IMG/VR virus record: IMGVR_UViG_3300044878_000091
Coordinates: 1 to 39,445 of that record
Direction: 5' to 3' (one strand)
Origin: a virus
Taxonomy: Duplodnaviria > Caudoviricetes
Length of the DNA: 39,445 bases
Part shown: in pieces, positions 15,127 through 23,672 of the stretch
How the letters are laid out: each line of letters starts with the position of its first letter
How positions within the stretch are numbered: position 1 is the stretch's first letter
Made by a program: the position numbers and the translations under genes
The notes under the pieces: generated by a model
What the model saw: only the letters and a program-made list of their open reading frames with translations
Databases searched by the model: none
Told to the model about the DNA's origin: nothing

Positions 15127-15654
15127 ATGAGCGTCATCCCCGGTCAGATGGACATGCTCGAGCTGCTCGAATACACGGCGGTCCGGAAGACCCAGCCGCT
15201 GTTCAAAGTCCACCCAACGGGATGGCACGGCAAACCAAAGTGCGGGTGGTGCGGCGGGACCAACACGATCGGCGGCGGCGCCTGCCGGTACCCCGGCAAC
15301 CGCCAGCTCTCCATCGGGTACGACTACTGCCAGAAGTGCGTGAACCTCTACGGGCACCCCAGCATCAACGGCGGCACACCCCTCGTGCTCATGACCTTCG
15401 ACGAGCAGCGGGTCTTCTGCGCGTTCTGCCGATCCAACTGGGGCCACACACTCAAGCCGGAAGTGCTGGCCCGCCTGTCAGAGGCGCACGCGCCGACCGG
15501 GGATGGACAGTGCGCCGACATGGCCGCCAAGGGAGTCACCGAGCCCTACTACGCCCCGGGCGAGACGCCCTGGCTGTCCGGGTCCGTCATCCAATACCCG
15601 CGCCCCAAAGGCTACGGCGGGCTCTACCAGCTACGAGACCAACGAGAGGAGTAA
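15127..15654 (+). CDS. Cys-rich hypothetical protein
   Basis: AGGAGG RBS; VIPGQMDMLE start; three CxxC pairs. Confidence 0.7.
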   Translation: MSVIPGQMDMLELLEYTAVRKTQPLFKVHPTGWHGKPKCGWCGGTNTIGGGACRYPGNRQLSIGYDYCQKCVNLYGHPSINGGTPLVLMTFDEQRVFCAFCRSNWGHTLKPEVLARLSEAHAPTGDGQCADMAAKGVTEPYYAPGETPWLSGSVIQYPRPKGYGGLYQLRDQREE

Positions 15655-15656
15655 CT

Positions 15657-16052
15657 ATGGCCAAGGACACGCGGCCGTACTTCACCCTCACCAACGAGTA
15701 CCCGCGGCACCGCAAGATCAGGACCCTCAGCGACAAGGCATTCCGGCTGCACGTCGAACTCATCGCTGACTGCAACGAAGCGCAGAGCGACGGGAAATTC
15801 AGCAAGCACGAACTGAATATGCGCGGCCCCAAAGCGGGCAAGGAATTGATCGACTTCGGGCTTGTAGAGGCGATCGACGGCGGATACCAGCTGCACGACT
15901 ACCTCAGTCACCAGCACTCCAAACAGCAGATCCAGGAGTACAAGGCCAACAAAGCGGACGCTGGGGCGATTGGGGCGCACAAGAGGCACCACGTCAATAA
16001 GGGCATCTTCGATATCGGCTGCAAGCACTGCCAAGAGTCCCGCGCCAGTTAG
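15657..16052 (+). CDS. Replication initiator-like protein
   Basis: HRKIRTLSDKAFRLHV...SDG...ELIDFGLVE...GYQLHDYLSHQ family; followed by iteron-like repeats; GAGGAG RBS. Confidence 0.75.
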   Translation: MAKDTRPYFTLTNEYPRHRKIRTLSDKAFRLHVELIADCNEAQSDGKFSKHELNMRGPKAGKELIDFGLVEAIDGGYQLHDYLSHQHSKQQIQEYKANKADAGAIGAHKRHHVNKGIFDIGCKHCQESRAS

Positions 16053-16125
16053 CAAAGTCTTAGCAGGTGCTAACCGTCTGCTTTAGCAAAATTTAGCACC
16101 ATAAACATAACCATTACCTAATACC
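16049..16125. repeat. Putative replication origin: TTAGCA iterons and AT-rich tract
   Basis: TTAGCA at 16049, 16060, 16083, 16093 and inverted at 16068, then CCATAA/ACATAA/CCATTA repeats in an AT-rich gap. Confidence 0.65.
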
Positions 16126-16234
16126 CTCACCTACCGCTTTTGGCTGGCTTTTAGAGAAGTGGGGGAAAAGATTCCAACCAATCGTCACCTAAGTAACGCG
16201 AAGGTTGGGCGATTTTTGGCTGAAAGGAAATCCA

Positions 16235-16624
16235 TTGACCATCACCGAGCAGCAAGCCCGCGCCGTCGCGTACCTGCTCCACGAGCTCAGACCCGACTGG
16301 GGCGTCCAATCAATGCTCACGCTCATCACCAAGCACCAGGACGTCGAACTGGGCCCGCTCATCATCGCCGCCACCACCAAAGCGCTCGAACCATCGTGCG
16401 TGACCCCCGCACCGATCTTCCACCCCGGGCCACACTGGCCGGCCAAGACCAGTGCCGCACTCCCCCGCCCCGAACCATGCCTAGACCACATCGGTGAATC
16501 CTCACACAACTGCCGCTGCTGCTGGTCAGACGTCAAAGCCGGGATCCGCCCACAAACCCACATCGGAAAACACCACGAAGCCGTCTCGGAAGAGGCGGCT
16601 TCACTCGTTCAGGAGGACGAATGA
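16235..16624 (+). CDS. Hypothetical replication-associated protein (C-terminal Cys/His cluster)
   Basis: GAAAGGA RBS before TTG; LRPDW, TPAPI...GPHW, C..H...CRCC. Confidence 0.7.
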   Translation: MTITEQQARAVAYLLHELRPDWGVQSMLTLITKHQDVELGPLIIAATTKALEPSCVTPAPIFHPGPHWPAKTSAALPRPEPCLDHIGESSHNCRCCWSDVKAGIRPQTHIGKHHEAVSEEAASLVQEDE

Positions 16625-16824
16625 AATTCAAGATCGGCGACCCCGTCCGCATCATCGCCCGCAACACCAGCCACTTCGACGCGGTCGGCACCGTCGTGGA
16701 CGTCGACACCACCCAGCACTTCCCGTTCGCCGTCACAGGCCTCGATCCCGCGCTGCTCTGGTTCGGTCCGAACGAGCTCATCCTCGCCGAACACCAGCCC
16801 GCTGACCCGACCAAGGAGAACTGA
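16621..16824 (+). CDS. Small SH3/KOW-like beta protein
   Basis: FKIGDPVRI...GTVVDVD...WFGPNEL; AGGAGG RBS. Confidence 0.7.
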   Translation: MKFKIGDPVRIIARNTSHFDAVGTVVDVDTTQHFPFAVTGLDPALLWFGPNELILAEHQPADPTKEN

Positions 16825-16825
16825 C

Positions 16826-17704
16826 ATGGGACGAGAACTAAAACGAGTGCCGCTCGACTTCGACTGGCCGAATAACAAGGTCTGGCAAGGATTCCTCATG
16901 CCTACCTCGCTCCACGGACGAGAATGCCCGGAATGCGGCGGAGACGGGTCCTCTAACACTGCCAGAAACCTCAAGGATCGTTGGTACGGATATGCGCCCT
17001 TCGACCCCGCAGAGACCGGGAGCGAGAAGCTGTTCGCAGATACCCCCGGCGTCCGAGCCTTCGCTGAACGCAACGTCAGCAGCGCCCCGGAGTTCTACGG
17101 GGCCAGTGAAGCTGCCATCGTCCGAGAGGCGCAGCGCCTGGCTGACCTCTGGAATCGTTCGTGGAGCCACCACCTCGATCAGGCCGATGTGGACGCGCTT
17201 GTTGCCGCGGGCCGCCTTATGGACTTCACGCACGACTGGTCCAGGGAGAACGGCTGGCAGCCCAAAGACCCGGCACCGCAGGTATCCGCCGTGGACGTCA
17301 ACATGTGGTCCCTCCAAGGCCTCGGACACGACTCCATCAACTCGTGGACGGTCATCGCCGATCGCTGCAAGCGCCTCGGCGCCTCGTCTACATGCACAGC
17401 ATGCGAGGGCCATGGGAGCGTCGAAGCGTACCCTGGACAGCGCGCCGAATCGGACGCGTGGGAACGTCAAGAACCACCGATGGGTGACGGTTGGCAGGTT
17501 TGGGAGACGGTCAGCGAAGGATCGCCCATCACGCCAGTGTTCGGCTCGGCTGACGAACTGATTGACCATCTCGTCAACGTCGGAGCTTGGGACAAGAAGT
17601 GGAACCGTGCCAGCGCGGAAGGATTCGTGAAGGGCTCAGGATGGGCACCAACGGGCTTGACCATCGGCGGCCAGCACCACAGCCCAGAGACGATGCCGGC
17701 ATGA
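16826..17704 (+). CDS. Conserved hypothetical phage protein with interrupted zinc finger
   Basis: MGRELKRVPLDFDWP, CPECGGDG...CTACEGHG, GWQVWETVSEGSPITPVF. Confidence 0.8.
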   Translation: MGRELKRVPLDFDWPNNKVWQGFLMPTSLHGRECPECGGDGSSNTARNLKDRWYGYAPFDPAETGSEKLFADTPGVRAFAERNVSSAPEFYGASEAAIVREAQRLADLWNRSWSHHLDQADVDALVAAGRLMDFTHDWSRENGWQPKDPAPQVSAVDVNMWSLQGLGHDSINSWTVIADRCKRLGASSTCTACEGHGSVEAYPGQRAESDAWERQEPPMGDGWQVWETVSEGSPITPVFGSADELIDHLVNVGAWDKKWNRASAEGFVKGSGWAPTGLTIGGQHHSPETMPA

Positions 17705-18117
17705 TCCATGCTTTCGTGCCAGGCACGCCAGTCCCCCAAGGATCCGTCGACCTCTACCGCGGCCGCGTCGTCTCCGTGAAAGCGCCCCTCCGGGAATGGC
17801 GCACCAAGATCCGGGCCTCAACCATGGCCCGCCACAACGGTCCACCCATGGACGGGCCCCTAAACGTCTCGCTCGTCTTCCAGCTCGTGCCGCCCAAGAA
17901 ACCCCGATGGTGGGCGCCGGCCGTAAAGCCCGACCTCGACAAGCTCATCCGCGCCGTCCTCGACTCCCTCTCCACCACTAAGGACCGCAAGACCAAGGCC
18001 GTCATCAAAGGCGTCATCACCGACGACGCCCGAATCATCCACATCACCGCCGCCAAGACCTACCACGGCAACCCCGGCGTCTACATCACCATCACCCACG
18101 CAGGAGAGAACACATGA
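17701..18117 (+). CDS. rusA: RusA-like Holliday junction resolvase
   Basis: FVPGTPVPQGS, KPDLDKLIRAVLDSL, DDARI. Confidence 0.92.
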   Translation: MIHAFVPGTPVPQGSVDLYRGRVVSVKAPLREWRTKIRASTMARHNGPPMDGPLNVSLVFQLVPPKKPRWWAPAVKPDLDKLIRAVLDSLSTTKDRKTKAVIKGVITDDARIIHITAAKTYHGNPGVYITITHAGENT

Positions 18118-18449
18118 CCGAGCAGAGCTTGCTTGACACACTCAAAGCCCACCAGTCCGCCACCGGCCGCCGCGACTTCCGCAAACACTGCACCTGTGGA
18201 TGGTTCGGAGAGCTACGCGCAGACGACTTCCTGCAGCACCAAGCCGAAGCCCTCGAAGCCGCCGGCTACGGCAAGCTGCCCGAGGCGGAGACCGAATGGG
18301 GCACCAGCACAAAATGGGGACACCGACCGTCCATGAGCAAACAGAACGCTCTCGACTACATCGAGTTGTGCAAGAGCTGCGGTGATGACGCCAAGCTCAT
18401 CAAGCGCCGCGCCGCCATCGCGCCCGGACCCTGGGAGCCTGCAGAGTGA
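18114..18449 (+). CDS. Hypothetical protein
   Basis: AGGAG RBS; HCTCGW...HQAE motif. Confidence 0.7.
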   Translation: MTEQSLLDTLKAHQSATGRRDFRKHCTCGWFGELRADDFLQHQAEALEAAGYGKLPEAETEWGTSTKWGHRPSMSKQNALDYIELCKSCGDDAKLIKRRAAIAPGPWEPAE

Positions 18450-19063
18450 GCCTGAACGACCACATCCACCAACTCAGCCGCGAACACCTGAAGACGGCGC
18501 CGGACGGGAGCCTCCGCCACGCACCCGCACTACTCGCCGAACTCCGCAACGCCGTGACGCCCGGGCAAAACGGATACGGGGGCGGCGCGTCCGGCCCGCC
18601 AATCCCGATCGACCCCGCAGCCCTCGACCTCATCAGGGCCATTGAGTCCGAAGCCAGAAGGGACTACGCCGAAGCCATCGGCAAATACTGGACCGGCACA
18701 CTGGAGGCCCTCCTCCAGGCCTACCCCGATGCGCCCATCAGCGCCGAATGGGAAGCCTACCTCGACGGCGTCACCCTCGGATGGGTGGACCAGATCACGG
18801 CGATGCTATGGCCCGTCAAACCACGCCGGAAGCTCACCGGGAAAACCTGCCCGGCCTGCGGGCTGGCACTCCACGGCGAAGAGCGCGCCGTCTGCCTGTC
18901 CCTCGGATGCTGGGACGACGACGGCAACCTCGCCAAGGTCGGAGCATGGGACATCGAATGCGGATCCTGCGGCGCCCAATGGTCAGGCGATCAAGTCTCG
19001 TGGCTGCTCAGGGCGTTGGACGCGCCGATAGATGATGTGGTGGAAGTGGCGGAAGTCGGGTAA
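18446..19063 (+). CDS. Last early gene; zinc-finger protein, candidate late-gene regulator
   Basis: LLAELRNAV...PIPIDPAALDL, CPACG...CGSCGAQW; lies directly before the late promoter. Confidence 0.7.
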   Translation: MSLNDHIHQLSREHLKTAPDGSLRHAPALLAELRNAVTPGQNGYGGGASGPPIPIDPAALDLIRAIESEARRDYAEAIGKYWTGTLEALLQAYPDAPISAEWEAYLDGVTLGWVDQITAMLWPVKPRRKLTGKTCPACGLALHGEERAVCLSLGCWDDDGNLAKVGAWDIECGSCGAQWSGDQVSWLLRALDAPIDDVVEVAEVG

Positions 19064-19085
19064 TGTGAGTCACGGCTGCGGACAC

Positions 19086-19127
19086 GTGGCTAAACTTTCA
19101 GGTCGATCCAACGGATCGGCCTTTTTT
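19086..19127 (+). promoter_or_regulatory. Putative late promoter followed immediately by a terminator
   Basis: -10-like TAAACT (19091-19096), then AGGTCGATCC-AAC-GGATCGGCCT and a T6 run. Confidence 0.6.
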
Positions 19128-19279
19128 GTTGCCCGGAACCTTCCACCCGGACCCCAAGCAGGCGCCGACCAACCCCCATACGGGAGGCGCCGAACCATCC
19201 CGCGTGACGGCGGGCTAAGACCGTCACTCCGTCGGGCCCGGGAGTGCTGCAGATCCTCCCGGGTCTGGCACCAAGGAAT

Positions 19280-19356
19280 GGGGCTGAGGCGAGAGGCATC
19301 ACGCGCCGGGCAGCAAGGACCCGGTTCCATCGCAGGTTCGAATCCTGCTGGCCCCA
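19280..19356 (+). tRNA. tRNA-like gene with aberrant 9-nt anticodon loop (identity unclear)
   Basis: Acceptor GGGGCTG/TGGCCCC, D stem GCG/CGC, CCGGG-CAGCAAGGA-CCCGG, T arm GCAGG-TTCGAAT-CCTGC; no encoded CCA. Confidence 0.6.
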
Positions 19357-19408
19357 CGGCGACCAATGTCGCTCCCATGAGCAAGACCGCCGGACTATTC
19401 ACCCGGCA

Positions 19409-19456
19409 GGAGACGCCAAACCGGCAATGCCGCCCGTTCGAGTCGGGCCGTCCCCA
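19409..19456 (+). ncRNA. Truncated tRNA-like element (acceptor stem plus T arm)
   Basis: GGAGACG/CGTCCCC (one mismatch) and GCCCG-TTCGAGT-CGGGC joined by only 16 nt. Confidence 0.45.
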
Positions 19457-19532
19457 CTGATCGAAAGCATGCCGACCAACAACCGATGAAGCGGCCTAGC
19501 AAGTAGATCACCAAACGACAGCAGGAGGGTGC

Positions 19533-19859
19533 GTGGCAAGAGCGAAGCGCATCTGCCCCAAGCCCGGATGCCCCGCCATCGCAACGGGCACCTACTGCAG
19601 CCCACACCAAGCCGAAGCTGAACGAGCACGCGGCAACCGAGAGCAACGCGGCTACGGCCACGAGCACCGCGAACTCCGCAAGCAATGGGCGCCCAAGGTA
19701 TCGACAGGCTCAGTCATCTGCGGCAAGTGCGGCAACACCATCCAGCCAGGCACGCTATGGCACCTAGGCCACACCGACGACCGCACTGCATGGACCGGAC
19801 CAGAGCACGCGCTGTGCAACCTCAGCGACGCCGGCAGACGGTCCCACAGCCACCCCTGA
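19533..19859 (+). CDS. HNH endonuclease (packaging-associated)
   Basis: CPKPGCP...YC..H, RGYG..H, CGKC, WHLGH, PEHALCN; AGGAGG RBS; directly before the terminase. Confidence 0.88.
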   Translation: MARAKRICPKPGCPAIATGTYCSPHQAEAERARGNREQRGYGHEHRELRKQWAPKVSTGSVICGKCGNTIQPGTLWHLGHTDDRTAWTGPEHALCNLSDAGRRSHSHP

Positions 19860-19865
19860 AAAGGT

Positions 19866-19885
19866 TGTGGATAACCTGTGGATAA
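19866..19885 (-). promoter_or_regulatory. Two tandem perfect DnaA boxes
   Basis: TGTGGATAA (reverse complement of TTATCCACA) at 19866 and 19877, 11 bp apart. Confidence 0.7.
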
Positions 19886-19925
19886 GGGGTGGGGGGCACC
19901 CCCCGAGAGGGGCGCCGCAACCCAC

Positions 19926-19934
19926 CGCCGGTGA
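19926..19934. other. Candidate cos (3' overhang) site CGCCGGTGA
   Basis: In the HNH-terS gap where cos lies in HNH-type phages; the + strand flips from C/A-rich to G/T-rich here; resembles a 9-nt overhang I recall for some Arthrobacter phages (not verified). Confidence 0.5.
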
Positions 19935-20030
19935 GGTCTCTCGATGGTGCGGAGGGTTCAAAAGTTTTCAGAGGGCCCGGCGCGATGCCAGTCCTTGGCT
20001 TCGGCGCGATGCCGACTTTGGAGGTTTCTC

Positions 20031-20579
20031 ATGGGTAGTGGTGGTTCTCGTTTGCGTTCCGGCCCGGCGAAGGATCCGCGGTCCGGCCGCTCCGACCGTC
20101 TGGGCTTTTCGGCGACCGCCCTGCCTTCCGAGGGGTTCACTGGCGAGGTTCCGGTGTTTCCGCTGGGCAAGGTGAGCGTTTACTTCATCTACAAGGACGA
20201 CAAGGGCAAGCCGGTCCGGGAGTTTGACGAGGAGGCCACCCAGGAGCGGTTCACCCGGGAGCTCGAGTTGTGGGCGTGGGCTTGGTCTACGCCTCAGGCT
20301 GTGGCGTGGAACCGTGAGCCGTGGCGCTGGTATTCGGTGGCGATGTGGGTCCGCACGGCGGCCATCTGTGAGTCTTCCGAGGCTCAGGCCGCTGACAAGA
20401 ACTCATTGCACCGGTTTGCGGATCAGATTGGCCTGACGCCGGCCGGGTTGGCTGGAAACGGTTGGGCGATTGCCGCTGATGAGGTGTCCGAGAAGCGTGA
20501 GGATAAGGCTGCCGAAGCTGTTCCTGATGGCAAGGCTGCGCCGGCTCGCCGGCTGAGGTCTGTCAATGGCGGCGGCTGA
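20031..20579 (+). CDS. terS: Terminase small subunit
   Basis: GGSRLRSGPAKDPRSGRS, ELWAWAWSTPQAVAW, DQIGLTPAGL; GGAGG RBS. Confidence 0.85.
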   Translation: MGSGGSRLRSGPAKDPRSGRSDRLGFSATALPSEGFTGEVPVFPLGKVSVYFIYKDDKGKPVREFDEEATQERFTRELELWAWAWSTPQAVAWNREPWRWYSVAMWVRTAAICESSEAQAADKNSLHRFADQIGLTPAGLAGNGWAIAADEVSEKREDKAAEAVPDGKAAPARRLRSVNGGG

Positions 20580-21639
20580 GGGTTTCCTCGTTGACTTTCC
20601 CACCTTAGGCGACTTGCTGGACGCGTGGATCGCTCATCATTGCCGAGTGCCTGACGGGTTTTCCCGCGGCGCCGAGTTCCGGCAGTCGGATTGGCAGTTC
20701 TGGTGCACGGCCAACCATTACCGGATCCGGCCTGAGGCCTACTGGAATGAAGAGCAGCCGCTTCTGAATCAGGCGTTTGTCTACCGGCGTTCGCAGATTG
20801 TGGCTCCGCAGAAGACTGGCAAGGGCCCTTGGGCTGCTGCCGTGACGACTGGCGAGGCTGTAGGCCCGTCCGTGTTCAATGGGTGGGCTGAGGCTGGCGA
20901 GCTGTACGAGTGCGCCGACAACGGCTGCTCGTGCGGGTGGACGTATGAATACCTCGAGGGGGAACCCAAGGGCATCCGGCACCCATCCCCGCTGATCCAA
21001 TTGACGGCAACGTCCGAGGACCAGGTCGACAACATCCTTCGGCCGCTTAAGGCGATGATTCGCCTAGGGCCACTGTCGGACATGCTGTTGATCCGTGAGG
21101 ACTTCATCCGCATCGTTGGCGAGTCCGGCGACGAGGATATGGACCGCATCGACGCCGTGACGTCCAATGCACAGTCGAAGCTTGGTAACCCGATCTCGTT
21201 TGCCTTCCAGGACGAGTCTGGCCTTTACACGAAGATGAACAAGATGGTGAAGGTTGCCGAGACTCAGCGGCGCGGCGCCGCCGGTATGGGCGGCCGCACC
21301 ATTGAGACGACAAATGCGTGGGATCCTGCCGAGAACTCGACAGCGCAGCGCACCTTCGAGTCGCAGTCCAAGGACGTTTTCAAATTCTTCCGCCAGCCGC
21401 CGGCCGAGCTCTCCTATGGGAACAAGCGCGACCGAGCACGGATCCACAAGCACGTTTATGAGGGTTCCCCTTGGGTCAACCTTGACTCGATTGAGGGCGA
21501 GGCTTCGGAGCTGATGGAGACGGACCGGGCGCAGGCTGAGCGGTTCTTCGGAAACCGGCTGGTTTCTGGCTCGGGCGCGTGGCTGAAGGATGGTTTGTGG
21601 GATGCAGCTTACGCAACGCCCATGGCTTCCGAATCCTGA
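20566..21639 (+). CDS. terL: Terminase large subunit, ATPase domain
   Basis: Walker A PQKTGKG, ATSEDQ, Walker B FAFQDE, TTNA coupling motif, AERFFGNR. Confidence 0.9.
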   Translation: MAAAEGFLVDFPTLGDLLDAWIAHHCRVPDGFSRGAEFRQSDWQFWCTANHYRIRPEAYWNEEQPLLNQAFVYRRSQIVAPQKTGKGPWAAAVTTGEAVGPSVFNGWAEAGELYECADNGCSCGWTYEYLEGEPKGIRHPSPLIQLTATSEDQVDNILRPLKAMIRLGPLSDMLLIREDFIRIVGESGDEDMDRIDAVTSNAQSKLGNPISFAFQDESGLYTKMNKMVKVAETQRRGAAGMGGRTIETTNAWDPAENSTAQRTFESQSKDVFKFFRQPPAELSYGNKRDRARIHKHVYEGSPWVNLDSIEGEASELMETDRAQAERFFGNRLVSGSGAWLKDGLWDAAYATPMASES

Positions 21640-22237
21640 CGACGGCACCGCGATCTGTCTTGGCTTTGACGGGTCAGAGAACGACGACTACACCGCGATT
21701 CAGGCGGAGACCGTTGACGGCTTCACTTTCACTCCGCGCTACGGGCCGGATCGGCGGCCGGCGGTTTGGAATCCTGCCGAGTGGGGTGGGCAGATCCCCC
21801 GTGGCGAGGTTCATGCGGCCGTGGATGAGCTGTTCGAGCGCTACCGCGTGGAACGCATGTACTGCGATCCGCAGGACTGGTACTCGGAGATCGGTGACTG
21901 GTCCCTGAAATACGGCGACAACCATGTGTTCGAGTGGGCCACGAACCGAGTCAAGGCCATGTACGCGGAGATCAAGCGGTTTGAAATCGACCTTGCTACT
22001 AAGCGGATCTCGCATGACGGGTGCCCGATTGCCGGGCTCCACTTGGCGAACGCGCGCAAGGCCGCCAAGCCGGGGCAACAGTACGTCCTGATCAAGCCGA
22101 CCAATCACCAGAAGATCGACGCGGCCATGGCCCGCATCTTGGCGCACACCGCCGCATCCGACGCCCGCGATGAGGGCTGGACGGACGCCTACCAGCACGG
22201 CTCGGGGATTTCCAACGCCGTCTATGGCTTCAACTAA
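21602..22237 (+). CDS. Terminase large subunit, nuclease domain (separate ORF)
   Basis: ICLGFDGSENDDYTA, MYCDP, HLANAR, KIDAAMA (RNase H-fold TerL nuclease); start 21590 or 21602. Confidence 0.88.
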   Translation: MQLTQRPWLPNPDDGTAICLGFDGSENDDYTAIQAETVDGFTFTPRYGPDRRPAVWNPAEWGGQIPRGEVHAAVDELFERYRVERMYCDPQDWYSEIGDWSLKYGDNHVFEWATNRVKAMYAEIKRFEIDLATKRISHDGCPIAGLHLANARKAAKPGQQYVLIKPTNHQKIDAAMARILAHTAASDARDEGWTDAYQHGSGISNAVYGFN

Positions 22238-22256
22238 AGAATCAAGAGGTGGTGGC

Positions 22257-23672
22257 GTGGACGCCAAGCTTGCACGTACCTACCTGGAGCTGGGCCTTAA
22301 TCGGCTCAGCGCGCAGGCCCCGCAGTGGGAGCGCCGGCAGGGGTATTTCGAGGGCGCGCAGGATCTGCCGTTCGCCCCCGAGGGTGTGAACACGGAGTAC
22401 GAGGCGCTGCAGAAGCAGTCCATCGCCAACTTCCTTGACATCGCCATGAAGGCGCCGATCCAGCGCATGCAGGTTGACGGATTCCGCACGGGCCGCGACG
22501 GTGACGCGGACATGACGGCGTGGAATGAGATTTGGCAGCCGAACAAGCTGGATTCCCGGCAGAAGATCGTCTACCAGCAGATGTACATTCACGGCCGCGG
22601 CATCATGTCGGTGTCTCCGGTCAAGGCGACACCAAAAACGCCGCGGATCCGCCCGGAGAATGGCAAGCGGGTATGGATTGAGCCGAACCCGGATGACCCC
22701 TTCGAGGGCCTGTTTGCGGTCAAGCAGATCACTTCCAGCGACGGCACGGTGAATGCCTACGTCTACACGGACACCGAGTGGGTCCAGTTCACCCAGAGCA
22801 AGGCCGTGAAGGACTGGGGTCTGACGCTGGGCGGCACGCACAACCTTGGCGGCCTGCCTTTCGTCACCTACGACTTCAACGTCGACGCTGACGGCGTCCC
22901 GCACGCCCCGATCGACAAGCTCATGCCGCAGCAGGACGCGATCAACACGATCCGATTCAATTCGCTGCTGGCCATGCAGTTCTCGGCCTATCGCCAGCGC
23001 GTCTTTACCGGCTTCGACCCGGTGGCGCGTGACAAGCAGGGCAACGTGATTGTCCGCAAGAACGCAGACGGCACGCCCATGCTTGACCTCAATGGCCTAC
23101 CGCTTCCGGTGCTGAACTCGCCGGGCAGGATTGGCGTTGACCGGGCGCTGATCTTCCCGGGCGTCGACACGAAGGTCTTTGACCTTCCGGAGTCGAACCT
23201 GGACAACTACATCAAGGTCTACGACACGTTCCTGAACACGTTCTTTGCCACGTCGCAGATCCCGCCGCAGTACGCGCTGACGAAGATGGCGAACACGTCC
23301 GGCGATGCGATGGCCGGCGCCGAGTCAACCTTCCAGTCCCTGATCACGGATTTGAAGATGGCGGCCGGGGAGTCGAACGAGTCCGTGATGCGCCTGGCTA
23401 ACAGGGCCCGCGGGGAATCTGCTGAAGACGTCGCCTCGGAAGTGATCTGGGCGAGCTCGGAAATTCAGTCCTTCGCGCAGATCGTGGACGGCGCGGTCAA
23501 GCTCATCACTTCGGGCATGTCCCGTGAGGATGCTTGGTCGATGCTTCCGGACGCGACACCCACGAAGGTCAAGAAGTGGATCGAGAACTCAGATTCGGAC
23601 ATTGACCGGCAGGACGCGGGCATCAACGCCCTGACTGCGAAGATCGGCGGAAACGGTGACGGACTTTCCTAG
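22257..23672 (+). CDS. Portal protein (SPP1 gp6-like)
   Basis: IWQPNKLDSRQ, QQDAIN, FSAYRQR; position after terminase; GAGGTGG RBS before GTG. Confidence 0.9.
   Translation: MDAKLARTYLELGLNRLSAQAPQWERRQGYFEGAQDLPFAPEGVNTEYEALQKQSIANFLDIAMKAPIQRMQVDGFRTGRDGDADMTAWNEIWQPNKLDSRQKIVYQQMYIHGRGIMSVSPVKATPKTPRIRPENGKRVWIEPNPDDPFEGLFAVKQITSSDGTVNAYVYTDTEWVQFTQSKAVKDWGLTLGGTHNLGGLPFVTYDFNVDADGVPHAPIDKLMPQQDAINTIRFNSLLAMQFSAYRQRVFTGFDPVARDKQGNVIVRKNADGTPMLDLNGLPLPVLNSPGRIGVDRALIFPGVDTKVFDLPESNLDNYIKVYDTFLNTFFATSQIPPQYALTKMANTSGDAMAGAESTFQSLITDLKMAAGESNESVMRLANRARGESAEDVASEVIWASSEIQSFAQIVDGAVKLITSGMSREDAWSMLPDATPTKVKKWIENSDSDIDRQDAGINALTAKIGGNGDGLS

Noticed and set aside
19087-19096. TGGCTAAACT as an additional integrase arm site
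   Set aside because: Single copy far from attP; better explained as a -10 element
19032-19489. Protein-coding ORFs in the late leader region
   Set aside because: No RBS, low-complexity Arg/Pro/Gly translations, crossed by a terminator and tRNA-like folds
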